From Dehalococcoidia bacterium (GTDB lineage Bacteria > Chloroflexota > Dehalococcoidia > Lucifugimonadales > UBA1127), in NCBI GenBank assembly GCA_965247615.1, contig OZ252022.1, positions 2,093,395-2,157,394 on the forward strand: a stretch of 64,000 bases of DNA, written 5' to 3'. Of this stretch, positions 34,998 through 45,235 are shown piece after piece. Positions within the stretch are counted from its first letter, which is position 1, and every line of letters begins with the position of its first letter. The notes below the pieces were generated by a model, which was given only the letters and a program-made list of their open reading frames with translations, made no database searches and was not told where the DNA came from. Both the position numbers and the translations under genes were made by a program.

Positions 34998-36674
34998 ATG
35001 TTTGAACACGATGTCGTAGTGGTGGGCGCCGGTCTCGCGGGCATGCGCGCCGCCCTCGCGGCTCAACAGGCCGGGGCCAACGTCGCCATCGTCACCAAGG
35101 TCCACCCCGTGCGCAGTCACTCCAACGCGGCCCAGGGCGGCATCAACGCTGCCCTGACCGACCGCGGCGACGACTGGGAAGACCACGCCTTCTCCACCGT
35201 CAAGGGCAGCGATTGGCTCGGCGACCAGGACGCCATCGAGATCATGGCTCAGGAGGCTGGCCACGCCATCATCGAGCTGGAACACATGGGCGTCATCTTC
35301 AGCCGCGACGAAGAAGGCCACCTCGGCACGCGCCGCTTCGGCGGACAGGAGCGCGCCCGCACCTTCTTCGTCGCCGACATCACCGGTCAGGCCCTCCTCC
35401 AGGTCCTCTACGAGCAGATCGTCAAGGCCGACGTCCGCATCTATGAAGAGTGGTTTGTCACCTCCCTCGTCATGGACGACGGCCAGTGCCGCGGTATGGT
35501 CGCCCTCGAAATGATGACCGGCGACCTCCACCTCATCAAGTCCACGACCGTCATCCTCGCCACCGGCGGCCTCGGCCGCGCCTTCGAGCCCAGCACCAAC
35601 GGCGTCATCGTCACCGGCGACGGCATGTCCCTCGCCTACCGCGCCGGCGCACCCCTCATGGACATGGAGATGGTCCAGTACCATCCCACCACCCTCAAGG
35701 GCAACGGCGTCCTTATCACCGAGGCCGCCCGCGGCGAAGGCGCATTCCTCATCAACAAAGACGGCGACCGCTTCATGTCCACCTATGCCCCCAAAATGCT
35801 CGATCTCGCCTCCCGCGACGTCGTCTCCCGCTCCGAGCAGACCGAGATCCTCCAGGGCCGTGACGTCGACGGCTGCGTCCTCCTCGACCTCCGCCACCTC
35901 GGACGCGAGCTCATCGAGACCCGCCTCAGCTACATCAACGAAGTCACCATGGACTTCCTCGGCCTCAACCTCATCGAGCAACCCGTCCCCATCCGGCCCG
36001 GCATGCACTACCAGATGGGCGGCATCAAGACCGACGTCCTCGGCGCCACCACCGTCCCCGGTCTCTACGCCGCCGGCGAGTGCGCCTGCGTCAGCGTCCA
36101 CGGCGGCAACCGCCTCGGCGCCAACTCCCTCCTCGACACCGTCATCTTCGGCCGCCGCTCCGGCGAGGCCGCAGCCGCCTACGCAGCCGACCACCCCACC
36201 GCCTCCCTCTCCGAGTCCCTGATCGCCGCGGACCAGGCCCAGATCCGCGCCCTCCTCGACCGCGACAGCAACGGCGACAGCGTCGCCAAGGTCCGCCTCG
36301 CCATGGGAGAAACCATGAACGAGCACCTGGCCGTCTTCCGCAACGAGGAGGGTATGCAGACCGCCCTCAGCACCGTCCGCGACCTCAAGGAACGCTTCAC
36401 CAGGGTCCCCGTCCAGCACAAGGGCAAGGTATTCAACACCGCCCTCGTCTTTGCCCTGGAGCTCGGCTTCATGCTGGACTGCGCGGAGACCATCTCCTTC
36501 AGCGGCCTCAACCGCAAGGAGAGCCGCGGCGCACACTATCGCACCGACATGCCCGACCGTGACGACGAGAACTTCATGAAGCACACCGTCGTCAACCATT
36601 CGCCGGACGGGCCCCACATCGACTTCTCCCCCGTAACCATCACCCGCTGGCCGCCCGAAGTGAGGGTCTACTGA
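34998..36674 (+). CDS. sdhA: Succinate dehydrogenase/fumarate reductase flavoprotein subunit
   Basis: [17 protein letters not shown] fold, [17 protein letters not shown] (covalent-FAD His context), …[13 protein letters not shown]…. Confidence 0.95.
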   Translation: MFEHDVVVVGAGLAGMRAALAAQQAGANVAIVTKVHPVRSHSNAAQGGINAALTDRGDDWEDHAFSTVKGSDWLGDQDAIEIMAQEAGHAIIELEHMGVIFSRDEEGHLGTRRFGGQERARTFFVADITGQALLQVLYEQIVKADVRIYEEWFVTSLVMDDGQCRGMVALEMMTGDLHLIKSTTVILATGGLGRAFEPSTNGVIVTGDGMSLAYRAGAPLMDMEMVQYHPTTLKGNGVLITEAARGEGAFLINKDGDRFMSTYAPKMLDLASRDVVSRSEQTEILQGRDVDGCVLLDLRHLGRELIETRLSYINEVTMDFLGLNLIEQPVPIRPGMHYQMGGIKTDVLGATTVPGLYAAGECACVSVHGGNRLGANSLLDTVIFGRRSGEAAAAYAADHPTASLSESLIAADQAQIRALLDRDSNGDSVAKVRLAMGETMNEHLAVFRNEEGMQTALSTVRDLKERFTRVPVQHKGKVFNTALVFALELGFMLDCAETISFSGLNRKESRGAHYRTDMPDRDDENFMKHTVVNHSPDGPHIDFSPVTITRWPPEVRVY

Positions 36675-37639
36675 TGCAGGTCACACTCAAGATCAAACGC
36701 TTCGACCCCGAGGCCGAGAACCCCACTCCATACCAGGAGACCTTCCCCCTGGAGATTGAGGACCACTTCACCGTCTTGGACTCCCTTATCAAGGTCCGGG
36801 AAGAGGTGGACGAGTCCCTTGCCCTCCGCTGCTCCTGCCGCGCATCCATCTGCGGCTCCTGCGCAATGCGCGTCAACGGCCACGCCCGCCTCGCCTGCAA
36901 GACCCGCGTCACCAGCGTCATCGACCAGAACGGCGCCGTCAATGTGGAGCCCGCGGGCAACCTGCCCGTCGTCAAAGACCTCGTCGTGGACATGGAACCC
37001 TTCTGGGGCAAGATCCGGGACATCCAGCCCTGGATGCAGCCCAAGGGCCCGGAGCCCGAGCAGGAGTACGTTGTCCCCAATGAGGCCATGCAGCACCTCA
37101 CCAGCGTCATGGGGTGCATCATGTGCGGCGCGTGCGTTTCGGACTGCACCGTCTTGGAGGTCGACAAGTCCTTCCTCGGCCCCGCCGCCCTCGCCAAGGC
37201 CTACCGTTTCGTCGCCGACCCCCGCGACGACGCCGACCAGTCCCGATTCAAGCTCTACAGCGAACCCGGCGGCATATGGGACTGCACCCGCTGCTTCGAG
37301 TGCGTCCAGGTCTGCCCCAAGGGCGTCGCTCCTATGGACCGCATCATGGGCATCCGGGAGCGCGCCATGGAGGCCGGCTTCAACAAGAGCTACGGCGCAC
37401 GCCACGCAGAGGCCTTCACGGAGCTCGTCGGCCACTCAGGCCGCCTCGACGAGCTCAAGCTCCCCCTCAAGACCTTCGGCCTCTTCAACCTCCCCAAGCT
37501 CATCGGCTTAATGCCCGTCGCCATCCGCGCCGGCTATAGGCGCAAGGTCCCGCCCATCCTCCACCGCAACATCCCCGGCGTAGAGGGCGTGCGTCGCATC
37601 GTCCAAAAGGTGAAGACCATCCAGCGCCAGGGTCCCTAG
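36674..37639 (+). CDS. sdhB: Succinate dehydrogenase iron-sulfur subunit (variant with CxxCxxCxxxCP in the third cluster position)
   Basis: CSCRASICGSCAMRVNG (2Fe-2S), CIMCGACVSDC, CTRCFECVQVCP. TGATG overlap with sdhA. 321 aa with a C-terminal extension. Confidence 0.92.
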   Translation: MQVTLKIKRFDPEAENPTPYQETFPLEIEDHFTVLDSLIKVREEVDESLALRCSCRASICGSCAMRVNGHARLACKTRVTSVIDQNGAVNVEPAGNLPVVKDLVVDMEPFWGKIRDIQPWMQPKGPEPEQEYVVPNEAMQHLTSVMGCIMCGACVSDCTVLEVDKSFLGPAALAKAYRFVADPRDDADQSRFKLYSEPGGIWDCTRCFECVQVCPKGVAPMDRIMGIRERAMEAGFNKSYGARHAEAFTELVGHSGRLDELKLPLKTFGLFNLPKLIGLMPVAIRAGYRRKVPPILHRNIPGVEGVRRIVQKVKTIQRQGP

Positions 37640-37798
37640 GCGCCCATGGCGCCCCATCGGAAAATGCATAGCCGTCACCCAGAGACCAGCAAGGACCAAG
37701 CGCCAATCCTGGACTTGAGCCGCCAGGCATCAGGGCCGTTGGGCACTGCGCAAACCCGGCTCATAGCCGCCGGTCACTAACCCCAAAGGAGGACCTGG

Positions 37799-38680
37799 GT
37801 GAAATACGCCTTCTTCCCCGGATGCGTTTCCCGCGGAGGCTGCCCGGAGCTCTACCCCGCCGCCGTTGCCGTGGCTGAGAAGCTCGGCCTGGAGCTAGAG
37901 GAGATGCACGGAGCCTCGTGCACCGGCGCCGGTGTCATGCAGGAAGCCAATCTCTTCCTCACCGACTGCCTCAACGCCCGCACCTTCGCCCAGGCCCAGC
38001 AAATGGGCCTGCCCATCATGAACATCTGCAGCACCTGCATGGGTGTCATGGCCCAGGCAAAGCACCGTCTCAAGGACGACGACTACCGCCGGCGCGTCAA
38101 CGACGTCCTCGCCGAAGAGGGCCTCGCCTACTCCGGCGACGTCGAGATCAAGCACTTGCTGTGGGTTCTCGTCGAGGACGTGGGGCTGGACCAGCTCCGA
38201 TCCCTCGTCGTCCGACCCCTGACGGGGTTCAAGGTCGCCCCGTTCTACGGCTGCTACGTCGTCCGCCCCAGTGACGTCTTGGAGTACGACAAGTACCCCC
38301 TCCGTGAGCAGGCCCTCGAGCTCGTGACCGAGGCCGTGGGCGCAGAGCCCATCGACTTCGCCGGAAAGACCCGCTGCTGCGGCTTCCCCATCCTCACCAT
38401 CAATGAGAAAAACTCCGTCGCCATGGTCGCCAAGCACACCCTGGATGCCAAGTCGGAAGGCGCTCAGGCCATGGTCACGCCGTGCCCCCTCTGCCATCTC
38501 AACCTGGACGGCTACCAGCCCACCGCCTCCAGTCAGGCGCGCCAGGAGATCGACTTGCCCATCCTGCACCTGCCCCAGCTCATCGGGCTGGCCATCGGCG
38601 TCGATCCCGGCAAGCTCGGCTTGGCGCGCCACATCGTCTCCACCTACGACGTTATGATGGAGTTGGGCATTCGTGTATAG
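37799..38680 (+). CDS. CCG-domain (HdrB-like) subunit, SdhE-type membrane-anchor replacement of type E succinate:quinone oxidoreductase
   Basis: MKYAFFPGCVSRGGCPELY…, …PFYGCYVVRP…, …CCGFPIL…, …TPCPLCHLNL… duplicated CCG motifs. GTG start after AAAGGAGG. Confidence 0.8.
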   Translation: MKYAFFPGCVSRGGCPELYPAAVAVAEKLGLELEEMHGASCTGAGVMQEANLFLTDCLNARTFAQAQQMGLPIMNICSTCMGVMAQAKHRLKDDDYRRRVNDVLAEEGLAYSGDVEIKHLLWVLVEDVGLDQLRSLVVRPLTGFKVAPFYGCYVVRPSDVLEYDKYPLREQALELVTEAVGAEPIDFAGKTRCCGFPILTINEKNSVAMVAKHTLDAKSEGAQAMVTPCPLCHLNLDGYQPTASSQARQEIDLPILHLPQLIGLAIGVDPGKLGLARHIVSTYDVMMELGIRV

Positions 38681-38835
38681 CAGTTCCGCTCGCGCAACCC
38701 TGGGAGGCCGGGAGGGCGACGCCCCGGAATCGAAGCCCTGCACCGCGAGCATGGGCACTCGTTCCTCGGATAGAAAAGCCGGATAGTCAGGAATAGCCAC
38801 CGCGTGGGAAAACACATCCCCAGATCTGGACAGCC

Positions 38836-39750
38836 ATGATTGAAATCCCCTTCAATCCCATCATCTTCAACGTAGGCAGCCTTGTTCTGGGCTGGCACGG
38901 CATATTCAGCGTCGTCGGCGTGGCCGTCGGCGTCTACCTCACCGCCAGATGGGCGCTCCCCTACGGGATCTCCAGGGACTCCGTGTATGAGACCGCTATC
39001 TGGGTCCTCATTGGCGGCGTCATCGGCGCACGCGCCGTGGCCATCTTCGACGACCTCGATTTCTACGTCAACAACCCCCTCCAGATAGTCGCCTTCTGGC
39101 GCGGCGGCGTCGCCATCTGGGGCGGAGTCCTCGGCGGCCTCGCGGGCGGCGCGCTATACGCCAGGCGGGCCGGCCTCCCCTTCGCCCGCTTCGCAGACGT
39201 CGTCGCTCCCGCTCTCGCCATCGGCCTCATCATCGGCCGCTTGGGGGACATCATCAACGGTGAGCACTGCGCCGAGCTTACCAACCAGTTCTGGGGCTTC
39301 ATCTACACCCACTCTGGCAGCCCGGCCCGCTTCTGCTTCGGCGTCATCCCCAGCCCGCCCATGCACCCGGCCATTGCCTACGAAATGCTCTGGAATGGAC
39401 TCGTCGCCGCCGCCCTCTGGTGGGGCCTCAAAGACCGGATCCGCCCAGCCGGTATGGTTATGGCCGCCTTCTTGGCCCTCTACGCCGCGGGGCGCTTCTT
39501 CGTCGGCTTCCTCCATACCTACACAGACTACATCGGGGACCTGAACGAGCTCCAGCTCATCTCCATCGCTGTGCTGCTCGTCACCGTGCCCCTCCTGGGA
39601 CTCAAGGCACGGATCGGCCCCAAGGAGCCCCCCGACTACTCCGAGCCCACACCACCCTCCCGGCCGCTCCCCCCCAGGGCCGAGCGCCGCCGCCGCGCAG
39701 CCCGCCAAGCCCGCCGCGAGAGCCAGCATCGCTCAGAACCCCACCCCTAG
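38836..39750 (+). CDS. lgt: Prolipoprotein diacylglyceryl transferase
   Basis: …LGWHGIFSVVGV…, FWRGGVAIWGGVLGG, IGRLGDIINGEH… Lgt signatures. Pro/Arg-rich C-terminal tail. Confidence 0.9.
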   Translation: MIEIPFNPIIFNVGSLVLGWHGIFSVVGVAVGVYLTARWALPYGISRDSVYETAIWVLIGGVIGARAVAIFDDLDFYVNNPLQIVAFWRGGVAIWGGVLGGLAGGALYARRAGLPFARFADVVAPALAIGLIIGRLGDIINGEHCAELTNQFWGFIYTHSGSPARFCFGVIPSPPMHPAIAYEMLWNGLVAAALWWGLKDRIRPAGMVMAAFLALYAAGRFFVGFLHTYTDYIGDLNELQLISIAVLLVTVPLLGLKARIGPKEPPDYSEPTPPSRPLPPRAERRRRAARQARRESQHRSEPHP

Positions 39751-39787
39751 CCCCTCGCACCATCAGAGCGATGCTCGGGCCTGCAAG

Positions 39788-39832
39788 CCGCTCATGGTAA
39801 GCCACCCACAGCGAACCCGCGCCACCCTCCCC
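39788..39832 (+). repeat. Intergenic repeat family, truncated copy G
   Basis: CCGCTCATGGTAAGCCACCCACAGCGAACCCGCGCCACCCTCCCC, 38 nt after the lgt stop. It shares CAAGCCGC…TCATGGT(G/A)AG with copy B. Confidence 0.55.
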
Positions 39833-39911
39833 GTAGGGGCCGACCTCGTGCCCGCCCCTCCCGGATCTGCCGCTCACGCCAAGGCCCCACCCAACAACGA
39901 CACAGCCCCCC

Positions 39912-41681
39912 TCATCCAGGGCTCACCCGGAAATCAAGCACCCGGAGCTGCACTGCTGCCCCCCCTCTGAACCTGTCCAGACTCAGCGCATAGACAACGT
40001 CCATCAGCGTCTCCTCCGGACCGGCCAACGCGCCGCGGCTGGGCAACGAGTTGCCCCCCCAGCTCTGATTGAAGGCGATGGCGTTCCACACAGCACCCTT
40101 GTGCCGAAGCGTCAAGCTCAGGTGCTGCCCCTCGCTTCCCACAGCCCGCACCCCCATCACACGCATCCCCTTCGTAAGGAAAACAGGCGGCGGGTTCCCC
40201 TGGCCAAAGGGGGCCAGCGTGCCGAGAAAGCTGAACGTGTCACCCAGCAGCTCCGGCACCGAGACCTCCGCGTCGATCCGCAGCCGCGGCGTCAGGTCCG
40301 TTCCCTCCAGCGCGCCCCGTGCCAGGGCCTCGAGACGCTGCTGAATCGAAGCAAGCTCCCCGTTCCTGGCCACCAGACCCGCCGCCGCTGGGTGCCCTCC
40401 GGACCGAAGCAGGAGGTCCGCGCATCCATTGAACGCCGCCGCCAGATCGAACTCCGGAATGCTCCGTCCGCTGGCCCGCACCAGCTCACCGTCCAGGGAA
40501 GCCACCACCACCGGACGATAGAACGCCTCCACCAGCCGCGACGCCACCAACCCGTTGATCCCCGGGGCAAACTCCTCGCTCGCCAGAAACAGCAGGCTCT
40601 CCGTCTCCGCCTGCCCCCGCGCCTCCTCCATCGCCCGGCCCAGCATGCTCTCCGTCAGACTCCGCCGCTGGTCGTTCCGCGACTCCAGCGCACTGGCAAG
40701 CTCCCGGGCCTCACCCGGCTCCTTGCACGTGAGCAGCCGAAAGCTCGGCTCGGCCCCGTCTATGCGCCCTGCGGCGTTCAGCCGCGGCGCAAGCACGAAG
40801 GGGATCGTCTCATGGTCGACGTCACCCGGCGCCACGCGCGCGCGCTCCAGCAGCGCCAGAAGCCCCACGTTGGCCGTACGGCGCAGCGCCGCGACACCCA
40901 ACTGCACCAGCATCCGGTTCTCGCCCCGCAGCGGCGCCATGTCCGCCACCGTGCCCAGCGACGCCAACTCCAACATCGCCTCGTCCGGCCGTCGCCCAAG
41001 CCGCTGGTACACCCCCTGCGCCACCTTGAACGCCAGCCCCGCGCCCGTAAGGTGCGGGTTCGGGTACGCCGTCGGGCTATCCGCATCTCCGCCCGCCGTA
41101 ATGGTCGCGTAGGCCCGCGGCCGCACCTCCGCCGGCACGTGATGGTCCGTGATGATGGTCTCCATCCCCACGTCATGCGCCAGCTCCACCTCCTCCACGC
41201 CCGTGATGCCCGTATCGACGGTGATCAGCAGTGTCGCCCCCTGCCTCGCCAGGCCGCTGATGGCCTCCCGGTTCAGGCCGTGGCCCTCTCTGATGCGATG
41301 GGGGATGTGCGCAACCACTTTCCCCCCCAACCCCGTCAGCGCCTCGTGCAGCAGCGCCGTCGCCGTCACCCCGTCCGTGTCGAAGTCCCCATAGACGGCG
41401 ATGGTCTCCCCATCATCGATGGCTCGGAGAATCCGGTCCGCGGCCTGCTCCATCTGTGGAAGGAGGAACGGGTCTGGAAGGTCGCCGCCCTCCGTGCCCA
41501 CAAACGCCTGCGCCGACGACGGGTCCGTGATGCCCCGGTTGTACAGGAGCTGCGCCCACAGCGGCGGCATCCCCAGGAGACGGCTCAGATCGGAGGGTGC
41601 GGGCGGCGCGACATCCCAGCGGCGGCGCGGTGTGGCACGCGCGCGCGGACCGGCTGGCGCGTCCTTGGAGCCGGACGTCAC
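39912..41681 (-). CDS. recJ: Single-stranded-DNA-specific exonuclease RecJ
   Basis: DHH motifs IAVYGDFDTDGVTA, ITVDTG, IITDHH and DHHA1 SGGHPAAAG. GTG start 6 nt after the fabF stop. Confidence 0.92.
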   Translation of the reverse strand: MTSGSKDAPAGPRARATPRRRWDVAPPAPSDLSRLLGMPPLWAQLLYNRGITDPSSAQAFVGTEGGDLPDPFLLPQMEQAADRILRAIDDGETIAVYGDFDTDGVTATALLHEALTGLGGKVVAHIPHRIREGHGLNREAISGLARQGATLLITVDTGITGVEEVELAHDVGMETIITDHHVPAEVRPRAYATITAGGDADSPTAYPNPHLTGAGLAFKVAQGVYQRLGRRPDEAMLELASLGTVADMAPLRGENRMLVQLGVAALRRTANVGLLALLERARVAPGDVDHETIPFVLAPRLNAAGRIDGAEPSFRLLTCKEPGEARELASALESRNDQRRSLTESMLGRAMEEARGQAETESLLFLASEEFAPGINGLVASRLVEAFYRPVVVASLDGELVRASGRSIPEFDLAAAFNGCADLLLRSGGHPAAAGLVARNGELASIQQRLEALARGALEGTDLTPRLRIDAEVSVPELLGDTFSFLGTLAPFGQGNPPPVFLTKGMRVMGVRAVGSEGQHLSLTLRHKGAVWNAIAFNQSWGGNSLPSRGALAGPEETLMDVVYALSLDRFRGGAAVQLRVLDFRVSPG

Positions 41682-41687
41682 TTCTCG

Positions 41688-42932
41688 CTAGCCCTGGTAG
41701 CTCTGAAAGACGAGCGTCGAGTTGTGGCCGCCGAAGCCTAGTGAGTTGCTCATGGCGACGTTGATCGGCGCTCGCCGGGCCGTCCACGGACTGTAGTCCA
41801 GGTCGCAGTCAGGGTCCGGCGTCTCCAGGTTGATCGTCGGCGGGACCGCCCCGTGCTTGATCGCCAGCACGCAGATGGCAGCCTCCAGCGCTCCCGCCGC
41901 GCCCAACAGGTGCCCGCTCATCGACTTCGTTGCGCTGATGGCTATCTTGTACGCCTCTTCCCCAAACACGCTCTTGATGGCCATCGTCTCGGCCCTGTCG
42001 TTCATTGGCGTGGACGTGCCGTGCGCGTTGATGTACTCCACGTCCTGCGGCGCCAACCCAGCCCTCGCCACGGCCCGCCGCATCGCGCGCGCGCCGCCCT
42101 CGCCAAACGGCGATGGCTGCACAATGTGGCCCGCGTCGGACGTTGCCCCATACCCGCTGAGCTCCGCCAACGGTTCTGCCCCCCGCGCCAATGCGTGCTC
42201 GAGCCGCTCCAACACCAGGATCGCCGACCCCTCGCCAATTATAAAGCCGTCCCGGTCCGCGTCGAAGGGCCGGGACGCCCCCTTCGGATCGTCGTTCCGC
42301 CGCGACAACGCCCCGCACGCGTTGAACCCGCTCACCGCAATCGGACACACCGGCGCCTCCGCCCCACCGCAGAGCGCCGCGTCCACCTCGCCGCGGCAGA
42401 TCATCTCGTAGGCCTCGCCAATGGCGTCGGACCCGCTCGCGCACGCCGACACCGTGCTGAAGTTGGGCCCTTTCGCCCCCGTAGCGATTGACACCTGCGC
42501 CGCCGCCATGTCCACCAGCATCATCGGCAACAGGAAGGGGCTGATCCGGCGCGGACCCCTCTCGTGCAGCACGTCAAACTGCTGCGACAGTGTCACGATT
42601 CCCCCCACGCCGCTCCCCACCAGCACCCCCACCCGCTCCGCCATGCCGTCCACTATCTCCAGCCCGGCGCACGAGAGCGCCTCGCGGCTGGCCGCGACGG
42701 CAAACTGCGAGAACCGGTCGGCGCGGCGCGCCTCCTTGGCATCCATGTACACCGTCGGATCAAACCCCTTCACCTCCGCGGCAATCTGCGTCTCGAACCC
42801 ATCCGTGTCAAAGGCCGTGATCCGGTCGACCCCGGATTCACCGGCCAACAGCGCGTTCCACGTGGCGGGGACGTCGAGACCCAGCGGGGTAATGAGGCCG
42901 ATGCCGGTAACGGCGACGCGTATTGGATTCAT
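41688..42932 (-). CDS. fabF: Beta-ketoacyl-ACP synthase II
   Basis: ATG 42932 (MNPIRVAVTGIGLITPLG) after GGAGGAGAGAGG. Active-site contexts SACASGS, NAHGTSTP, SMSGHLLGAAG. Confidence 0.93.
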   Translation of the reverse strand: MNPIRVAVTGIGLITPLGLDVPATWNALLAGESGVDRITAFDTDGFETQIAAEVKGFDPTVYMDAKEARRADRFSQFAVAASREALSCAGLEIVDGMAERVGVLVGSGVGGIVTLSQQFDVLHERGPRRISPFLLPMMLVDMAAAQVSIATGAKGPNFSTVSACASGSDAIGEAYEMICRGEVDAALCGGAEAPVCPIAVSGFNACGALSRRNDDPKGASRPFDADRDGFIIGEGSAILVLERLEHALARGAEPLAELSGYGATSDAGHIVQPSPFGEGGARAMRRAVARAGLAPQDVEYINAHGTSTPMNDRAETMAIKSVFGEEAYKIAISATKSMSGHLLGAAGALEAAICVLAIKHGAVPPTINLETPDPDCDLDYSPWTARRAPINVAMSNSLGFGGHNSTLVFQSYQG

Positions 42933-43187
42933 GCCCTCTCTCCTCCAACCTTGGAGTTGGAGCCAGGCTTCTGTGGTCCAACCCACGCCCTCTGCAAGTC
43001 CCGCGAAGACGTGGGTGGAGTCTCCGGCGCCCGCGGGCCCCGGGGTGAACACCATCTTGGGCGTCATGCGTCCCCGACAGGTCCGATGGCAGCGTTTGGC
43101 AGATTATACCAGAGCAGAAAGAGCCAGGGAATCTGCTCCACCACGCCCGGGCCGGCTCGGCCAAGAGGCGCAGCCCGTCCCCTCGCC

Positions 43188-43847
43188 TCAGACGGCGGCT
43201 CCGCCTGCGTCCGCCCCCATCAGCACCGCGCGGACCGGGGCGCCGTCGGACCCTGCGATCTTGATGGGAAAGCACGCCAGCGTGTACTCCCCCGGCTCAA
43301 CCTCACTCAGGTCGACCCCCTCCAGGATGACGACCCCCGCTCCAAGCAGCGCCTCGTGGACCGGAAACCCCACGGTGCTGGCCTCCAAGGGCTCGATCGA
43401 AAGATAGTCGATCCCCACCAGCACAATCCCCCGCTCCAAGAGCCAAGGCGCGGCGTCGGGCGCCAGCGCCGCGAAGCCCCCGTGGAAGTCCTTCGTGCGC
43501 CAGAGCCCGGAGTTTCGCGTCTTCAAGAGCAAGCGCGTCGTACCAGGGAACACCCCCGCATCCTCCAGTGTCCCCGCATCAATGGCGCCCGGCGCGTCCA
43601 CCCACAGCACCTGCGCCGGCCCGAAGCAGGCCTCCAGCGGGACGCCCTCCACGGCAGGCGCACCCGCCACGAAGTGCGACGGAGCGTCGATGTGCGTCGC
43701 CGTATGCGCGCCCAGCGACAGCATCGTCAGGTCCAGGGGGTCCCCCTTGGCGATGCGCGCCACAGGCCGCACCCGCACGCGCGGATCGCCCGGGAAGATG
43801 GGCGTCGTCTCCGGACTGATGGAGACCGAAATGTCGTAGAGCTTCAT
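43188..43847 (-). CDS. Cyclase-family protein (arylformamidase/kynurenine formamidase-like)
   Basis: MKLYDISV…GAHTATHIDAPSHF… HxxxHxDxPxH motif. ATG 43847 inside ORF 43188..43973. Confidence 0.85.
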   Translation of the reverse strand: MKLYDISVSISPETTPIFPGDPRVRVRPVARIAKGDPLDLTMLSLGAHTATHIDAPSHFVAGAPAVEGVPLEACFGPAQVLWVDAPGAIDAGTLEDAGVFPGTTRLLLKTRNSGLWRTKDFHGGFAALAPDAAPWLLERGIVLVGIDYLSIEPLEASTVGFPVHEALLGAGVVILEGVDLSEVEPGEYTLACFPIKIAGSDGAPVRAVLMGADAGGAAV

Positions 43848-43879
43848 CTGTCGCCCAGCGTCCACCCTTCGGCCGTTGC

Positions 43880-44779
43880 CTAGACCTCCACAGGCCTCAG
43901 CGAAATCCGCCCGTCGCGCCGCTCCACATACCCCGCCCGGTGCTCGTAACCGTGCGAGAACAGGAGAAGCCACCCCTCCCGCTCCGCCACGTTCAGGAGC
44001 TCGCGCTTCTTCTCCAGTGTCTCCTCCGGATACTGGTCCAGGGCGCTGATATAGGGCAGTGCCAGGTGATACGGCGTGGGCACCAGGTCCCCGAGGAAAG
44101 CAACCTTTGCGCCACCACCATTGATCAGCACCACCTGATGCCCCCGGCTGTGCCCCCCCGTCATCTTCAGCGAGACGCCCGGGGCCAGCTCATGGTCGCC
44201 GTCAATGAACCGCACCTTCTCCTTCTCCAGCAAGGGGAGAAAGTCCTCCTGCCTGTAGGACGCCCTCCCACGCTCATCGGGCTCCGTGCCGTGCTCCCAT
44301 GCCGTCTTTTGGATAACGTATTCCGCCTTTGGAAACGTGGGGATAATCGCACCCTTCCGGTTCGCCTTGGTCCCGCCCCCCGCGTGATCGAAGTGAAGGT
44401 GGCTCAGGACCACGCTGTTGATCTCCTTGGGGGACACCCCAACGTCTCGAAGGTTCCTCGCCAGCTTGCTCGTGCCGAGACCAAAGTTCTCCCGTGCCCG
44501 GTCGTCGAGCTTGTTGCCCGCCCCCGTATCCACGAGGATGTTCCCCTCCGGCGACCTCACCAGAACGCAGTTCATCCCCAGTCGCACCCGGTTCTTCGTG
44601 TCAGCCTTCACCAGCCGCGACCACAGGATCTTGGGCACCGGACCAAATAGCGCCCCCCCGTCCAGCTTGAACACGCCGTCACTGAGGAGGTGTACCTCCA
44701 GCTTTCCAATCTTAATGGGCCACCCTCCTTTCCCGTACGGGACAGACCCGCGGGACCTGACCGCAGGAGGCTGCTGCAT
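43880..44779 (-). CDS. MBL-fold metallo-hydrolase
   Basis: SHLHFDHAGG motif. RBS GGGAGGG 6 nt upstream of ATG 44779. Confidence 0.85.
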   Translation of the reverse strand: MQQPPAVRSRGSVPYGKGGWPIKIGKLEVHLLSDGVFKLDGGALFGPVPKILWSRLVKADTKNRVRLGMNCVLVRSPEGNILVDTGAGNKLDDRARENFGLGTSKLARNLRDVGVSPKEINSVVLSHLHFDHAGGGTKANRKGAIIPTFPKAEYVIQKTAWEHGTEPDERGRASYRQEDFLPLLEKEKVRFIDGDHELAPGVSLKMTGGHSRGHQVVLINGGGAKVAFLGDLVPTPYHLALPYISALDQYPEETLEKKRELLNVAEREGWLLLFSHGYEHRAGYVERRDGRISLRPVEV

Positions 44780-45200
44780 CGGCAGTCCCTCCCGCCCCCG
44801 GCTTCACTTCACCCGCCGGATCCGCTCAACTCTCCTGACGTCCCCGCCCGGACGCCTCCAACGGAGCAACCTCAGCCCTGCCACTTCCCCCTAGCGCGGG
44901 GCACAGAACGACCACGGATCGTGCCACTCAAATTCAGCAGCCGGGCTCTCGCCCGCGTCGCCTGTGCGAATAAACGCTGTCGAGGCTAATGGCCGAATAC
45001 TTCTCCGGCCCCGCAACCAAGACCTTACGAATTGCAGACCCTCCTTGTCAAGAGAACGTCAGTGCTGAGTCGTATCTACGGCGCAATATTCAATGGAATC
45101 GCTCCCAGTGGCATGTTGCGATAGCAAATTCCAACCAATAGCTATACATTCGACGACATCTGAGCCCATTCAAGGAGTCTTCCGTCGCTCACCCCTTCCC

Positions 45201-45235
45201 CCGCTCATGGTGCAGATCTCGAACCAGTTGAGCCG
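45201..45235 (+). repeat. Intergenic repeat family, copy A (head module)
   Basis: CCGCTCATGGTGCAGATCTCGAACCAGTTGAGCCG. Stems GCTCA/TGAGC and TGGT/ACCA. Confidence 0.75.

Noticed and set aside
34701-36617. 638-aa ORF on the minus strand
   Set aside because: It lies entirely antisense to sdhA, whose product has unmistakable flavoprotein motifs. The antisense product is Gly/Ala/Asp/Val-rich low-complexity sequence, typical of shadow ORFs in GC-rich DNA.
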